This document shows, one piece after another, positions 35,501-47,000 of a DNA stretch of 64,000 nt (positions within the stretch are counted from its first letter, which is position 1; every line of letters begins with the position of its first letter). The notes beneath the pieces are model-generated. The model ran no database searches. It worked only from the letters and a program-made list of their open reading frames with translations, and was not told the DNA's origin. The stretch lies in NCBI GenBank assembly GCA_012295275.1, contig CM022679.1:16244001-16308000 (forward strand), in the 5' to 3' direction. Source of the DNA: Chrysomallon squamiferum. Its lineage: Eukaryota > Animalia > Mollusca. The translations under genes and the position numbers were made by a program.

Positions 35501-38500
35501 AACTCAATGGTGACATCTTCAAGTTCTTTCTTTAATTCCTAAAATCACAAAATACAGATGTGAATGATGCACATTTCAAACAAAATAGTTTTTAAACATC
35601 ACATATTCATTTAGTTCTCCCAAGGTTTTTTTTATTACTGAAAACAGACTGTCAACCTTTTATGAAGTAAACAGAAAGCAGGAACATGAATTTTGCAAAA
35701 ATAAAAATAAATAATTTTAACTAAATTAATTTAAAAGAAGTAATATATTTTTTAAATAAATGTATTGTGAACCAGCAATAAAAAATAGGAATTTACTTAA
35801 AAACAGCTACTGAAAAAAAAAAAAAAAACTAACCTGTATTTCTAAAAGAATGCGATACTTCTTTTCTTGAATGGTACTTAGAAGTTCACGTTCAGCAGGT
35901 GTCAGGTCTAGAAAATAAAACAAATCATTTTTAAAAACATATTTAAATAATTAATAGTATTTTGGATGGAAATTTTCTTAACTGGAATCAATTAACTTCA
36001 TTAAATGCATATTTTTTTTATTGTAATTTATTTAAGGAAATAACAAAATAAATAAAGTCTAAATGTTATTCCCATTACACTATGTATATACAAGTCCATG
36101 CAATTAACTAAATGTAAGTGTTTATTCAATTGTTTTTTGTTTTTTGATACTAATGCTGTTATATAACCTGTTGCACACATAACAGTAAGAAACAAACTGT
36201 AAAGACCTGCAACTATTTCATAAAACTATATGTGAAGAAAACCTACTCAACACCTGTAACAACATGAAATGAACTTTGCTTAAGTCAGAGTATGTATCCA
36301 TCACAGACATGCATGAATAATTTTCTGAGGCAAAATGCCAAAATGACCTGTATGTACATCCATATTATCTCTTACTTGGGGCAAGTTATTTCCTGCATCC
36401 TGGCTATTCCATTACCATGGTCATGGGTACAAAGACCTGACTGTTTCTTTAGATGTACATATAATTCATAAGACTGTTACAAATACTGATTATATAAAAT
36501 TACACAATGGTCTACTTTCCACAAAATAGACTTGTATTCCACAATATCATACTTGAGTTTGCTCATAATACAGGACTATTTACAGTCTATACACTAGATC
36601 TTGTACTGGGATAATGAAATTGAAGTAAAAGCAGTAAAGAAAAATTGAATATTAGAATGATGCTGAGAAACTAGTTGCTCTCTGTCTAATAACATTTTAA
36701 AATTGATAGAAAAATTAAATATATCACTTAAATTGTTTTGAAAGATTACATAACTTTCACTATGATCAGAGACTTGGGGGTGGGGGTGCAATATTTTAAA
36801 CCTATAATTATGAATAAAAATTTGGAATAAAAGACTATTATGACATTATCTTTAGAGATATTAATTATAGTTTGACCTCTGCAGTTCCCGATCTTTCAAG
36901 AAAATATTTATGTATATTTTAATAAACAAACAAAAACAATTTGGCTGAAAAAAGGTGTGTCTGTAAATTCTTAGATTTAAAGTAAAAATATTAGATATGG
37001 TTTACTTTTCCCATAGAAGTTTCATCCAAGAATAAATGACCCCAAAGATGGTGTCACTGTAGTCAATAATACTGACATGAATGGAATAATTTTAAAAAGT
37101 AAGGCAGTACCCATACCTCAAGCAGTATACAGTTAAAATATATTTCATGTTAGCTGATCAGAAAATTAACACATTATATTACATTTTAAAAGATTACTGA
37201 AAAATTAGCACCTATTAAAAAGCAAGACTGAAAGGGCTCAACAAACACAGTGCAACTGTTTGTGTTAAGTTTACTAGAGATAAATTCTAAACAGACGAGT
37301 TAGGTGCTTATTTTGATTCAGATAGAAATGAGCATGATTATTTTCAACAGCAACATCACATTAAATATGTACATAATCTTAATATATACGCAAAGGTAAG
37401 TTTTAAAATATTTCTTATATTATATCTTTATGTCACAGTAGTTTTTCAATTATTAAATCACATCAACATATAACATATAATACAGTATGTGACAAAAGAC
37501 ACAAGTGCACCACTTTGGAAGGTTGCCAAGTTGTTGTGACAAGTTTCGCTTACCTTAAAGAGGGTTCCCTCACTATCTTTCTGTTTCATCATCATTTTTA
37601 CATAATTTCACAAACAAAATATACCATGAAGTAGTACACATATTCAGCTTCCTCATAATATTTGTTTTTTGACATGTCGTCTTTGATAAACAATGGAGAA
37701 TCAACATACAAGGTAGGCTTACTGGAGATTTTAAATCATAAACAAAATACAAATTATCCATTTCTCTCACAGTCTGCCAAATTTCATACAAATATTTAGG
37801 GCAGCAGATAGTTATTTTTGGATACCAAAATCAGTGTTATCAGCAGACAATGCAGCCACAGTTCATTCTTACAAGTTTTATGTTTCATTTATTTTAGTGA
37901 GTGACCAAGTATTTGTGCAAGGAATATGTGGTAGAATGCTTTTATCCTATCAAAAACTATTTTCAGATGTAATTCATGGACACAGGTTTAGTTTTTATGA
38001 AATGTTAGATCTGTATAAGGCAAATTAATGCAATTAATTAATTAACTGGTAAAAATAAATGTTAGCAAAATGCTTGAATATGTAAAGGCCACTGCAATTC
38101 ATCAGTCACAGAAAATTATATTTTTGTATATTCATATTGGTTTAATTTCTATGGAGTTTTTGAGATTTACGTAATTAAAGCGTAAGGCACATTTGAGTTA
38201 ATTAGTGAAATTAATTATTTAAAATTCATTGAATATTAGCAACCTGCTTAAGAATACTGTACATGTTTAGAACTCATAAAATGCTTCATTTTGATATATA
38301 ATACAAGTATACTGGATTAAAACTATATGACTTTTGAGTTTTTATAACACAAAATGAGAGAAATGAACCAGTTTCTCCATAGATTATGAAAGAAAAATAC
38401 CCTCATATTTTATTTTGTCACACACCTATATTATTTATATAATACATTTTCAAGAAGCCACCATAAATAAATAAATAAATAAATAAATATTTTAAAATCG

Positions 38501-38756
38501 CTTTTTATAAAAGTAATATTTATGAATTCATTAGGGGCAAGGCAAAACGTTTTTCATGATTATAACTATCTTTAAAAAGTCTTAAATATGCCAAGTTATT
38601 AATTTACTAAAAATAAGTTTACAAATCTCTGCAACTGAACTCGGACTCAGATTCGTCAGAATCAGACTAATGCTTAAGAAAACTAAACTTAATTGAAAAT
38701 CACAATGCTACTTTACCTTCCAAATTGAAGGAGCTGTCCGATTTACTCTCGACCAT
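18428..38756 (-). CDS. CYTH: Cytohesin (ARNO/GRP1/Steppke family ARF-GEF; coiled coil-Sec7-PH-polybasic), 13 coding exons, 399 aa
   Basis: Exons 38756-38717, 35907-35834, 35538-35474, 29105-29039, 28250-28132, 24977-24897, 24495-24383, 24003-23855, 23509-23398, 20114-20038, 19540-19384, 18884-18815 and 18503-18428 sum to 1200 nt with consistent phases. Motifs include [22 protein letters not shown] (glutamic finger), [19 protein letters not shown] and [12 protein letters not shown]. Confidence 0.97.
18815..18884 (-). CDS. CYTH: Cytohesin exon 12 (PH)
   Basis: [24 protein letters not shown]. Confidence 0.95.
19384..19540 (-). CDS. CYTH: Cytohesin exon 11 (PH)
   Basis: [52 protein letters not shown]. 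Confidence 0.97.
20038..20114 (-). CDS. CYTH: Cytohesin exon 10 (PH)
   Basis: (G)[25 protein letters not shown]. Confidence 0.97.
22438..22452 (-). CDS. CYTH: Candidate alternative 15-nt microexon in the cytohesin PH beta1-beta2 loop
   Basis: tctctttataatccag|GTGCCCCCATGCTAA|gtaagt; frame-preserving in phase 1 with no stop. Confidence 0.6.
   Translation of the reverse strand: MPPC
23398..23509 (-). CDS. CYTH: Cytohesin exon 9 (Sec7 end, linker, PH beta1)
   Basis: [38 protein letters not shown]|gtaagt. Confidence 0.97.
23855..24003 (-). CDS. CYTH: Cytohesin exon 8 (Sec7)
   Basis: [50 protein letters not shown]. Confidence 0.97.
24383..24495 (-). CDS. CYTH: Cytohesin exon 7 (Sec7 glutamic finger)
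   Basis: [37 protein letters not shown]. Confidence 0.97.
24897..24977 (-). CDS. CYTH: Cytohesin exon 6 (Sec7)
   Basis: [27 protein letters not shown]. Confidence 0.96.
26394..26481. repeat. 40-bp tandem duplication in a cytohesin intron
   Basis: tttatatacaaata(c/t)caaaacactg(t/a)ctttactgaataaa occurs twice. Confidence 0.85.
28132..28250 (-). CDS. CYTH: Cytohesin exon 5 (Sec7)
   Basis: [39 protein letters not shown]. Confidence 0.96.
29039..29105 (-). CDS. CYTH: Cytohesin exon 4
   Basis: [22 protein letters not shown]. Confidence 0.95.
35474..35538 (-). CDS. CYTH: Cytohesin exon 3 (coiled coil)
   Basis: [21 protein letters not shown]; AA|gtaagt. Confidence 0.9.
35834..35907 (-). CDS. CYTH: Cytohesin exon 2 (coiled coil)
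   Basis: [25 protein letters not shown]. Confidence 0.92.
38717..38756 (-). CDS. CYTH: Cytohesin exon 1
   Basis: [13 protein letters not shown](D); G|gtaaag, phase 1 matches exon 2; lies in a CpG-rich patch. Confidence 0.8.
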
Positions 38757-40200
38757 CGTTTATATTTTCTTCTTTCCTTATACTTCAATAAACTATTTAA
38801 CAGCGATATTATGGCTCTGACAATCAACTTCCTCAAGTGTCAGCCATTAATCCCACTCGGAACGCCTTGCATTCTCCCGGAACTGTTTTTTGACGTAAAG
38901 CTGACGACTGACTGAATTCCAGTCCTTCGAAGGCGCTATTCGGTACTAGTCGGAATATTTCGACCGGTTACGTTACGCAAAATGAACCCGCATCTGAGTA
39001 ATCAGCCCAGATTATATGAGTCATGAAGCATTTAATAAATATTTTCACATTTGTTCTGGTTTATATATTTTTGGTCTAATGTATGATTATACTAATATTT
39101 TAATTTAAGCAATTACTAGAATATGGGTCTTTGGCATGACGATTTGAAGTTTTCCTATTTGAAAATGTCTTACTTTTGTATATGTACTTTGAAAACCAAC
39201 TTTAATTAGGCTCTCACTCCTGGTTCTAATCCTTTTTGTCGTGAAAATATTTTAGTACTTTCGACCAAAGTCAGTTTACAGAATACTGGACTAGAATATA
39301 ATTTTTAAAAATATTTTTCACTAACCACTTTTCGAATTTGTTATAAGTTATTAAATAAAAAAGGACGAAAATGTCCTTGTTCGTGAAACAGGTATCGCAT
39401 TTTCTTTCACAGAAATATTCTGTTTTGAAAATAATATTAATAAAATAAATATACATCTAAAAGCTCTTCTTATCGTGTATATAAGTTAAACGTTTTGTCG
39501 AAAATCATACATTTATTCCATTTGTTTTATCGTTAAAATGACATATCTGTGATTTACTGCAGCAATGTTTATCTCTTCATTAAACAAATAATAATAATAT
39601 TAACTGGAAAATCTTAAGTTAAAGTACTGAAATGTTACACAAATAAAGAATTTATAGTGGTAAATGGATAAAATATTTCGACTGTTTCCGTAATGGTATA
39701 TTATTGTAATCGCATTGGTTGTTAGAACTTGCCGAAGATTAGCGATTAATAATAGCAGGTACTTTGTTGTGATCACTGAATACCAGTTGAGTTAAACGGC
39801 TGCGCTACCTGTCGACAGAAGCTGCAAACGCTAAATAAAGTAAACCCTCGTGACGATAAACTTGTTACAGGTGCATTGAAAGGTTACCAGTCTTTTATTT
39901 ATGAAATATACGCCTACTACCTACTTTACTGGTTTTGAGGGACTAGATGATGTTAATGAACGTCTCGAAATGTTATTAATTCATAGCTTTATTAACTGAC
40001 TTTGTAACGATTGTTTAGTAGTCCGAACAGTATTAAAATATTCTTATTTATTTGAAATTATTTTTAAGAATATAGAATAATACAGGTACCCGGAAATGGG
40101 CGTTTTTTAAAACTTAAACTGTGTACCGTTATTAATTATGGATCGATTTTCTTAGTCCCATTCAGTAACTGTAAAAAAAAAAAAACACGTCAAAACGTCT
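38757..40200. promoter_or_regulatory. Divergent promoter region between cytohesin and LMTK
   Basis: Head-to-head start codons at 38756 (-) and 40941 (+). CpG-retaining patches lie at ~38640-39020 and ~39660-40200. The acceptor at 40870 upstream of the LMTK ATG implies a non-coding first exon in the second patch. Confidence 0.6.
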
Positions 40201-40940
40201 GCATACAGAATACCTTTACTAGCTTTAGAACCACATCTACCATTATGATCATATAAGGAAAATGAAATTAACATTTTCTGAAGAGCATAGTAGTCAAGTT
40301 TCCGATCTGGCATGTGGAACATCATAATTAATAATAGATCATTTTGCATATGGCAAGGGTGTTTTTTAAATACAAAAGTATACCAGTTTTGTATATTGTT
40401 TATCAGTAATGGTGTTTCATAAAACAAAATATAATATAAACATGTTTTAAAATTTGTTTTATTTTTATCAAATTTGTTTTATTAAAAAGTGCACATTAAA
40501 TAAGAAGAAATTTGAATACTAAAAAATAATGTTATATCATAAAAAAGCCACCAAATATTTAAAAATAAATCTTTGAGCCTATTTTATGTCATGTAAAACC
40601 TCATAGTATAATTACCATTTTAGATATTATTATAAATCTTTTAGATATTATAAAAAGAATTCATTACATTTTATACTATATTACATTTTCTCATTTAATG
40701 AAAATAAACTGAATTCACTTAATATCATTTCATTGCTGTAGGAAAAGATGTTAGGTAAAAGGCCATTATTACAGTTTTCATGGTTTTCAAAAAAGTAAAA
40801 TGTATAATCTTAAATATCATTGTGATTTTAATGGGTAATGTTTTTCTCACAACCTTTCTCATTTTTTCAGATCATATTCATTGAAAACCATCTTTTAATG
40901 GATGTCAAAATGTAAGATGATGAACTTGTAAATTTTGAAA

Positions 40941-41042
40941 ATGTTGCCAGTTTGGCTCATACTTGCCATTGCTGTTCCTGTGGTTTTGGTGATTGCACTT
41001 CTCGGATGCTTAGACTGTCTGAAGTATAAAAAGAGGTTTCAG
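40941..41042 (+). CDS. AATK: LMTK first coding exon (TM anchor)
   Basis: MLPVWLILAIAVPVVLVIALLGCLDCLKYKKRFQ|gttagt. Confidence 0.85.
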
Positions 41043-44000
41043 GTTAGTTAAAATTAGTTTTAGAATCTTGTAAAAATAATTCTGTTATCACTTTCAAGAT
41101 ATTTATTTATTTATTTTTTTTTTTTTTTAATTCACTTTAAATGAAAAGGAGTTAAAGGTGTGAAACTTGTTTTATTTTGATAAAAATTTGAGAAGTGACG
41201 CTTTTATTTAGAATTTTTATGTTTGTTTTTAAATTTCTGTCAGTGTACAGAACACTGTAGAGTATGTCTGCCAAGCATCCCTGTTGTAGCACTATTTGAT
41301 TATGGTCCTTTTTTTATTAGTGCCTTTTCATAATGTAATGGTGCCCTTTTGGTCATTGACCCCACCCCACATCAGAAAAGCTGGATCAACCAACATGCAT
41401 CCATATAGTTCTGTTATGATTAAGTTTAATGCCAAGACTAAAATAATTAGTTGGAAGTATGTGTCATTTAATAGTATACTAAATGTACACCTCTCTGTGT
41501 ATTTTATGTGAATATTAATTTAAGAAAAACCCAACAAACGAAATAAATCTATATTATTTATCTCTAAGGATTATTTGTTAAAAGGACTTTGTATTTTATA
41601 TAGCATTTTAAAGATGAAGAAGATGGCAACAGAGTAGAATCAAGAACTAATGCAGGATATTTTCCTGAGACAGATAGCTCTGATCAAAGTGGGGTCAGCT
41701 CCACTGAGGTCCAGATTGAACCTTTGCCTGATATCCTTGTACAGACAACAACAAGGAAGCCACGAATCGGATGTGTGGAAAAAAGCAAACAGGATGCAGC
41801 TTTTAAATTAATTAGTTAGTGTTTATTTTACCTGCAATTTTCATTTCAATTTGGCTTTCGTTAGTTGTAAAAGTAATAAAGCATTAAATGTCCTTTTATT
41901 ATTGATTTGTTATGATTATGTAATATGTTATTAATTAATGTTCCATTTTTTTTTTTTTTTGTAACTATTTTTGTTAGCGTCAAGATGAATTTTATTTTGC
42001 TTAAACATCTGCTGAAGTGGTAAAATTATGTTATAATGATAATATTGAATTAAAAAGGAGAGGAATTTTACTTAAACTATCAAAACATTGAATATTTTAA
42101 CACTTTCATTGCAAGAATTGCTAAGCTATTATATTAATTTTTGTGATTTGTTAGATACATAAATCATTCTAAATATACTAAATTAATGATTATCATTACT
42201 TAAAATTTTAATAAATGATTAAACAAAATGTTTTTATTCTATTCTAGCATCACATCGTTCATTTCCACGTCGTCAACTAACATATTTGAAGGAAATTGGG
42301 TCAGGATGGTTTGGTCAGGTAATTTCTTATTTTTCATCTTTTAATTACCAAACTTTCTATGAAGAAAATATATCTATTAAAATTTAAGGAATGCTGAATG
42401 TAATTTTTGAGTTGTTATAATTCCTTTTTATGGCCCAGCAGATGAGGAACCAAAAATAATTGACATTAAGTAATTTTTGTTAAAATTTTAATAGTAATTT
42501 GAATAAAACATGTTTAATTTTAAATGTATTGTTTAATTGTGAAGCTACATTTTTCTGAATTTTTGTAATTGTATCAAGTTCAGAAATGATGAGATATTGT
42601 TGCATTTTCTTTTAGATCATAGAATCCGATGCAGAAATGATAATTTTAGGTGTAGCACGAAGTCGTGTTGTAGTGAAAATTTTGAAAGATGAGTGTACCA
42701 AATCAGAACAGAAAATATTCCATGAAGACATTGCACCATTTAGGTATAATAGTCTTTTTCTCCAAGTGATCACTGCATTTATGAGTTAGAAAATTATCTC
42801 CCTTTGCACGTACCTTGATATGTTGCTTTGTTTTGTTCATGGAGTTTGGGCATGTCTGGCTTTATTATAAGATTAACTTATTTCTAGCTGAAGATACTTC
42901 ATTGTAATAATTCATAAACATAGCTGGATTTTAAAAATTATATTTTTTAATTAAAATAAAAAAAATAATTCTCCACCATTGGAATATTTAGATACTTTTT
43001 ATGACAGTGATTATTATTTTTGTTATGGAATGAGTTAAAAGACAGATTTTTTTTCCAATATTTCCCTTCTGCTCAGACTTTAATACTTCAGAATTAACAT
43101 ACCCAAAATAAGGGTATGCAGTATCACAAAACACAGAATATTTCTGAACATTTATGTATAAAGATAACGGGTATATGTAAATGAAAATGATTCAGGTTTG
43201 TTTATTTTTTTAAAATATTTTTCAGAGAGTTAGAGCATGGAAATGTTCTGCGAATGTTGGGCCAATGTACTGAAACAACACCAGTTCTTGCTATTTTTGA
43301 ATTTGCCCAGATGGTGAGATTTTGTTATTTTATTTTTGTGTTTTTTGCTTTCAATTCTTGATTCTTTGACTTTACACAGTAATTGTTATTAACTAAGGAT
43401 AGTGTGTCTGTAAAAAAGATTGCATGATCCTCAGTGTTATCTTATATATTGGCTTCATCTGATAATGTTATTAAAATGCATGTTAGAAACATAACAAAAA
43501 CAATTTCTTTTATTTAAAGTTTGTTCGTATTTCAGGGTGACCTTAAAACATATCTGAAAAAGCAGAAACTGGAAGACAACAAACTTCCATATCACCAATT
43601 TCTCAAATTTGCCATAGATGCTGCCAGTGGAATGGCTTGTCTGCATCGCCATGGTTATGTACACCAGTAAGATTGTTTTCAGTATATAAATTGAAAAAAA
43701 TATGTAGATTAATTTTTCTCAGCGTAACATCTTAAATTTGCCCATCACCTTACATATATATCCATATGATTATAAAGTTTAATGTTTATATGAAAATAGT
43801 ATTGAAACAGAAATTATATTTTAGTTTGTTGTTGTTGTTGATGTGCTAGTGTTATCTGTAATATTATTACTTTTAATTACAGTGATTTTGCAGCACGGTC
43901 CTGTCTTGTTTTTTCTGATTTGATTGTTAAAGTTGGGGACTATGGAATCACTGAAGAACAATTTCCGGTTTGTGCTTATTTATACAGTGTAATACATCTA

Positions 44001-47000
44001 TTAAAAAAGAAGAATATATATATATATATATATTGCCATACATAAAGGCTTAGATATTGTTATATTTAAGAAATTTTAGTTAACTAATTCTTGAAATATA
44101 TTTGTCATCCAGAAGTATATTTAAATTAAGACACTGGTATTTAAATTTCAAACAAGAAATTTAGACTATAGTAACATTTTATTTTATTAATATAGTATGG
44201 AGATCACTATTGTATGTAAGTGTAAAAGACAGAAAAATGGAAATAAAATATATTAGGTACCACATATATATATTGAATCCACAAAAACAAACAGAATAAA
44301 TTTATAATTTTTGTAGAAATAAATATATTGGATCATTGTTTGAATAATGAATAAGAAGAAATAAACTTTTTTTTTTGGCTCTGCAGGACGACTACTACAT
44401 AAGTCATCAAGAAATGCTTCCTGTCCGCTGGATGGCTCCTGAATCACTCAGTCACCAAGCAGACATCTGGCAAACTGCTGTTATCACCAAGGAGGCAAAT
44501 ATTTGGTAAACTTTTGTTTTATTTTTACAACCAGTTTTATATCCTGTTTTTTTCAAAGGTTTTTTTGTAATATTTATAATCTGGGGTGGTAGCTTTGAGA
44601 CTACTACACTGGTACCTTGAGTTACGAGTGCTCCAACTTAAGAGTTTTTCAAGCTCCAAGCAACCACCCAGTTGATTTTTCGCTTTGAGTATCAAGCCAA
44701 AATTTGAGTTATGAGCGAGCTTCAGATACTTTGCTGCTAGTTGGCACAACGAACAACACAACATCCATGCAGCATCCCACAACTCACTTGTTTACTTCAC
44801 GTAGTTACCGCCTAAGAAAGTGAATGCAAAGGGCAGTGCTGAGAAGAAGAAGTGGATGGTGTCCATTGAATTAGTGCTTGAATTCATAGAAAAACATGAG
44901 CAAGGTTGCATATAGTCAACTAAGCTAAGCAGTATGAGCGTAGTACTTCTACGATATGTACCATACTGAAGCAGAAGGAATTGGTAAAGGCTGTAATTCC
45001 AGCCAAAAGCGTTAAAATAATTGGTCTAATCTCCAAGATAAATACACTTTACAAAACCAATTTATTTCTTAATATTCTCTTTTATTTTGTTTTTATACAG
45101 TATTTGTCATTTATAAATATATTTTTGTTATTTAAAAACATGTTACAAAAAAAAAAAATTGGGGAATTTTTGGGGCTGGAATAGATTAATGGTAGGTCAA
45201 CTAATTTCAGTTGGGAAAATTGTTTTAATGTATGAGCAAATTGAGTTACGAGCTCATAAGTCAAGGCACCATTGTAGTTGTAAATATGGAGTGTTCAGTG
45301 TATGAGATGTCTTCTTTGTGTAACTGTCCATTTGTTTAACACAAAGTCACAGTTTACTGGCATAACTGTTAGCTGCCATTAATTGTAAGTTAGGAGGCAT
45401 TAGTTTTTGCTATATGTACAAAACTGTTATCAGTTAATCTGATTTTGGCAGTCAGATTCCTTGCTTAAGTAATAAAGTAGAAGAGTATTTAATGTTCTGA
45501 ATTTATCATTTGTTTATTTTTGTTTTGAATTTTTATCATTTTTCTTTAAAGTCAGCATTTATTTCTTCCAACATTTATTTTTTGTTAATTAATTTTTTAA
45601 TTTGTTTTCAGTTTTTCTTTTATTTAATTTAATTTCATTTGATTTTATTAAAGTTAACTGTAAGTTTGTCTATACAAATGTTTCAGGTGTTTTGGTATTT
45701 TGTTGTGGGAGGTACTGAGCTATGCTGCACAGCCATACACTGACCTGACTGATGATATGGTTCTGCAGTTGGTTGTAGAGGATAAGGTGGTCAAGCTTTG
45801 CAAACCAGATCTGGACATTTTGTTTTTAGACAGGCTGTAAGTTATTATTGAAAATTCTACTGTTGTTATTGAAAATGTTTTGAGATCTATTTTTACTTAT
45901 TAAATTATGTATTTAAATTCACCATTATCGTTAGTGTAAATATTTTGAAATCTCTTTTCATTATTAAATATATGTAAGTATACATTTAAATTCCTCAAAG
46001 TGACCCTAAATATATTATATATTTTTATTTGTTTCTCCAGCCCATTACTTTAAATAACTAACACATATTAAAAGGATTTGGTACAAGAATTTAGGAAAAC
46101 AATTCCTTATGTCTTATACAACAGTCTTTCATAGCAATAAGTGAAAGTTTTAATGCCACAAAATTGAATTTTAAAAAACATTATTATATATGAACAACTT
46201 CAGACTTGTTTTAAGTTTTTTTTATATATATTGACAATTTGAGTATGTTAATTTTATACATGGTAGCATAGAAACATAGTATATTCATGAATATATAGTT
46301 TAAAAATATATAATTTACCATTTGCTTAAAATTTCTTAGCTATAAACATTTTTTTAATTTTTAAGATTGTTATCTGTGGTATTTATGTTACATGGTTTTT
46401 TCTCTTTTTTTTCTTCCTTTTACTTAGTTATGAAGTAATGCAGTTTTGTTGGCTGAATCCAGGCCAGCGCCCTACAATTGTTGAAGTCCATGCATTGCTG
46501 GAACACATATTCACGAAGATAACAACTCCCCAGACAATGGATTCAGATTTTGAAACCAGATGGAATAGCATAATACCATCAGAAGCAAGAGTTATCACTG
46601 TCAGTGACAGTCGACCCAAGACCCGAAAATCTAACAGTTTTGACTCAGATTTTGTTCCACTGACGGACACTGCTGTAAAATTGCCAAGAAAAAGCGTACA
46701 GACAACATCAATAGAAAACATTTCCATAATCAAAACACCAGATGCAGTTTCTGAAATCAAAGACAACAACCAGTTGTCAGATGTTATCAATGCCAGAGAT
46801 AAAATGTCAGGAGATGCACCTCTGTCAGAATTCAGTAATAGTGCTCAGCTTGGAAAACAACTGCCAAGCCACTTAACCAGCACTCCAGTAGATAAACAAA
46901 CACAACAAACCCTAAAGCCAAATTTAGTTCAGAAAGATAGCAATGCATCCAGCAAATACAAGTCACTTAATTTTAATGACTCTGAAAGTGTTTTAAATCA

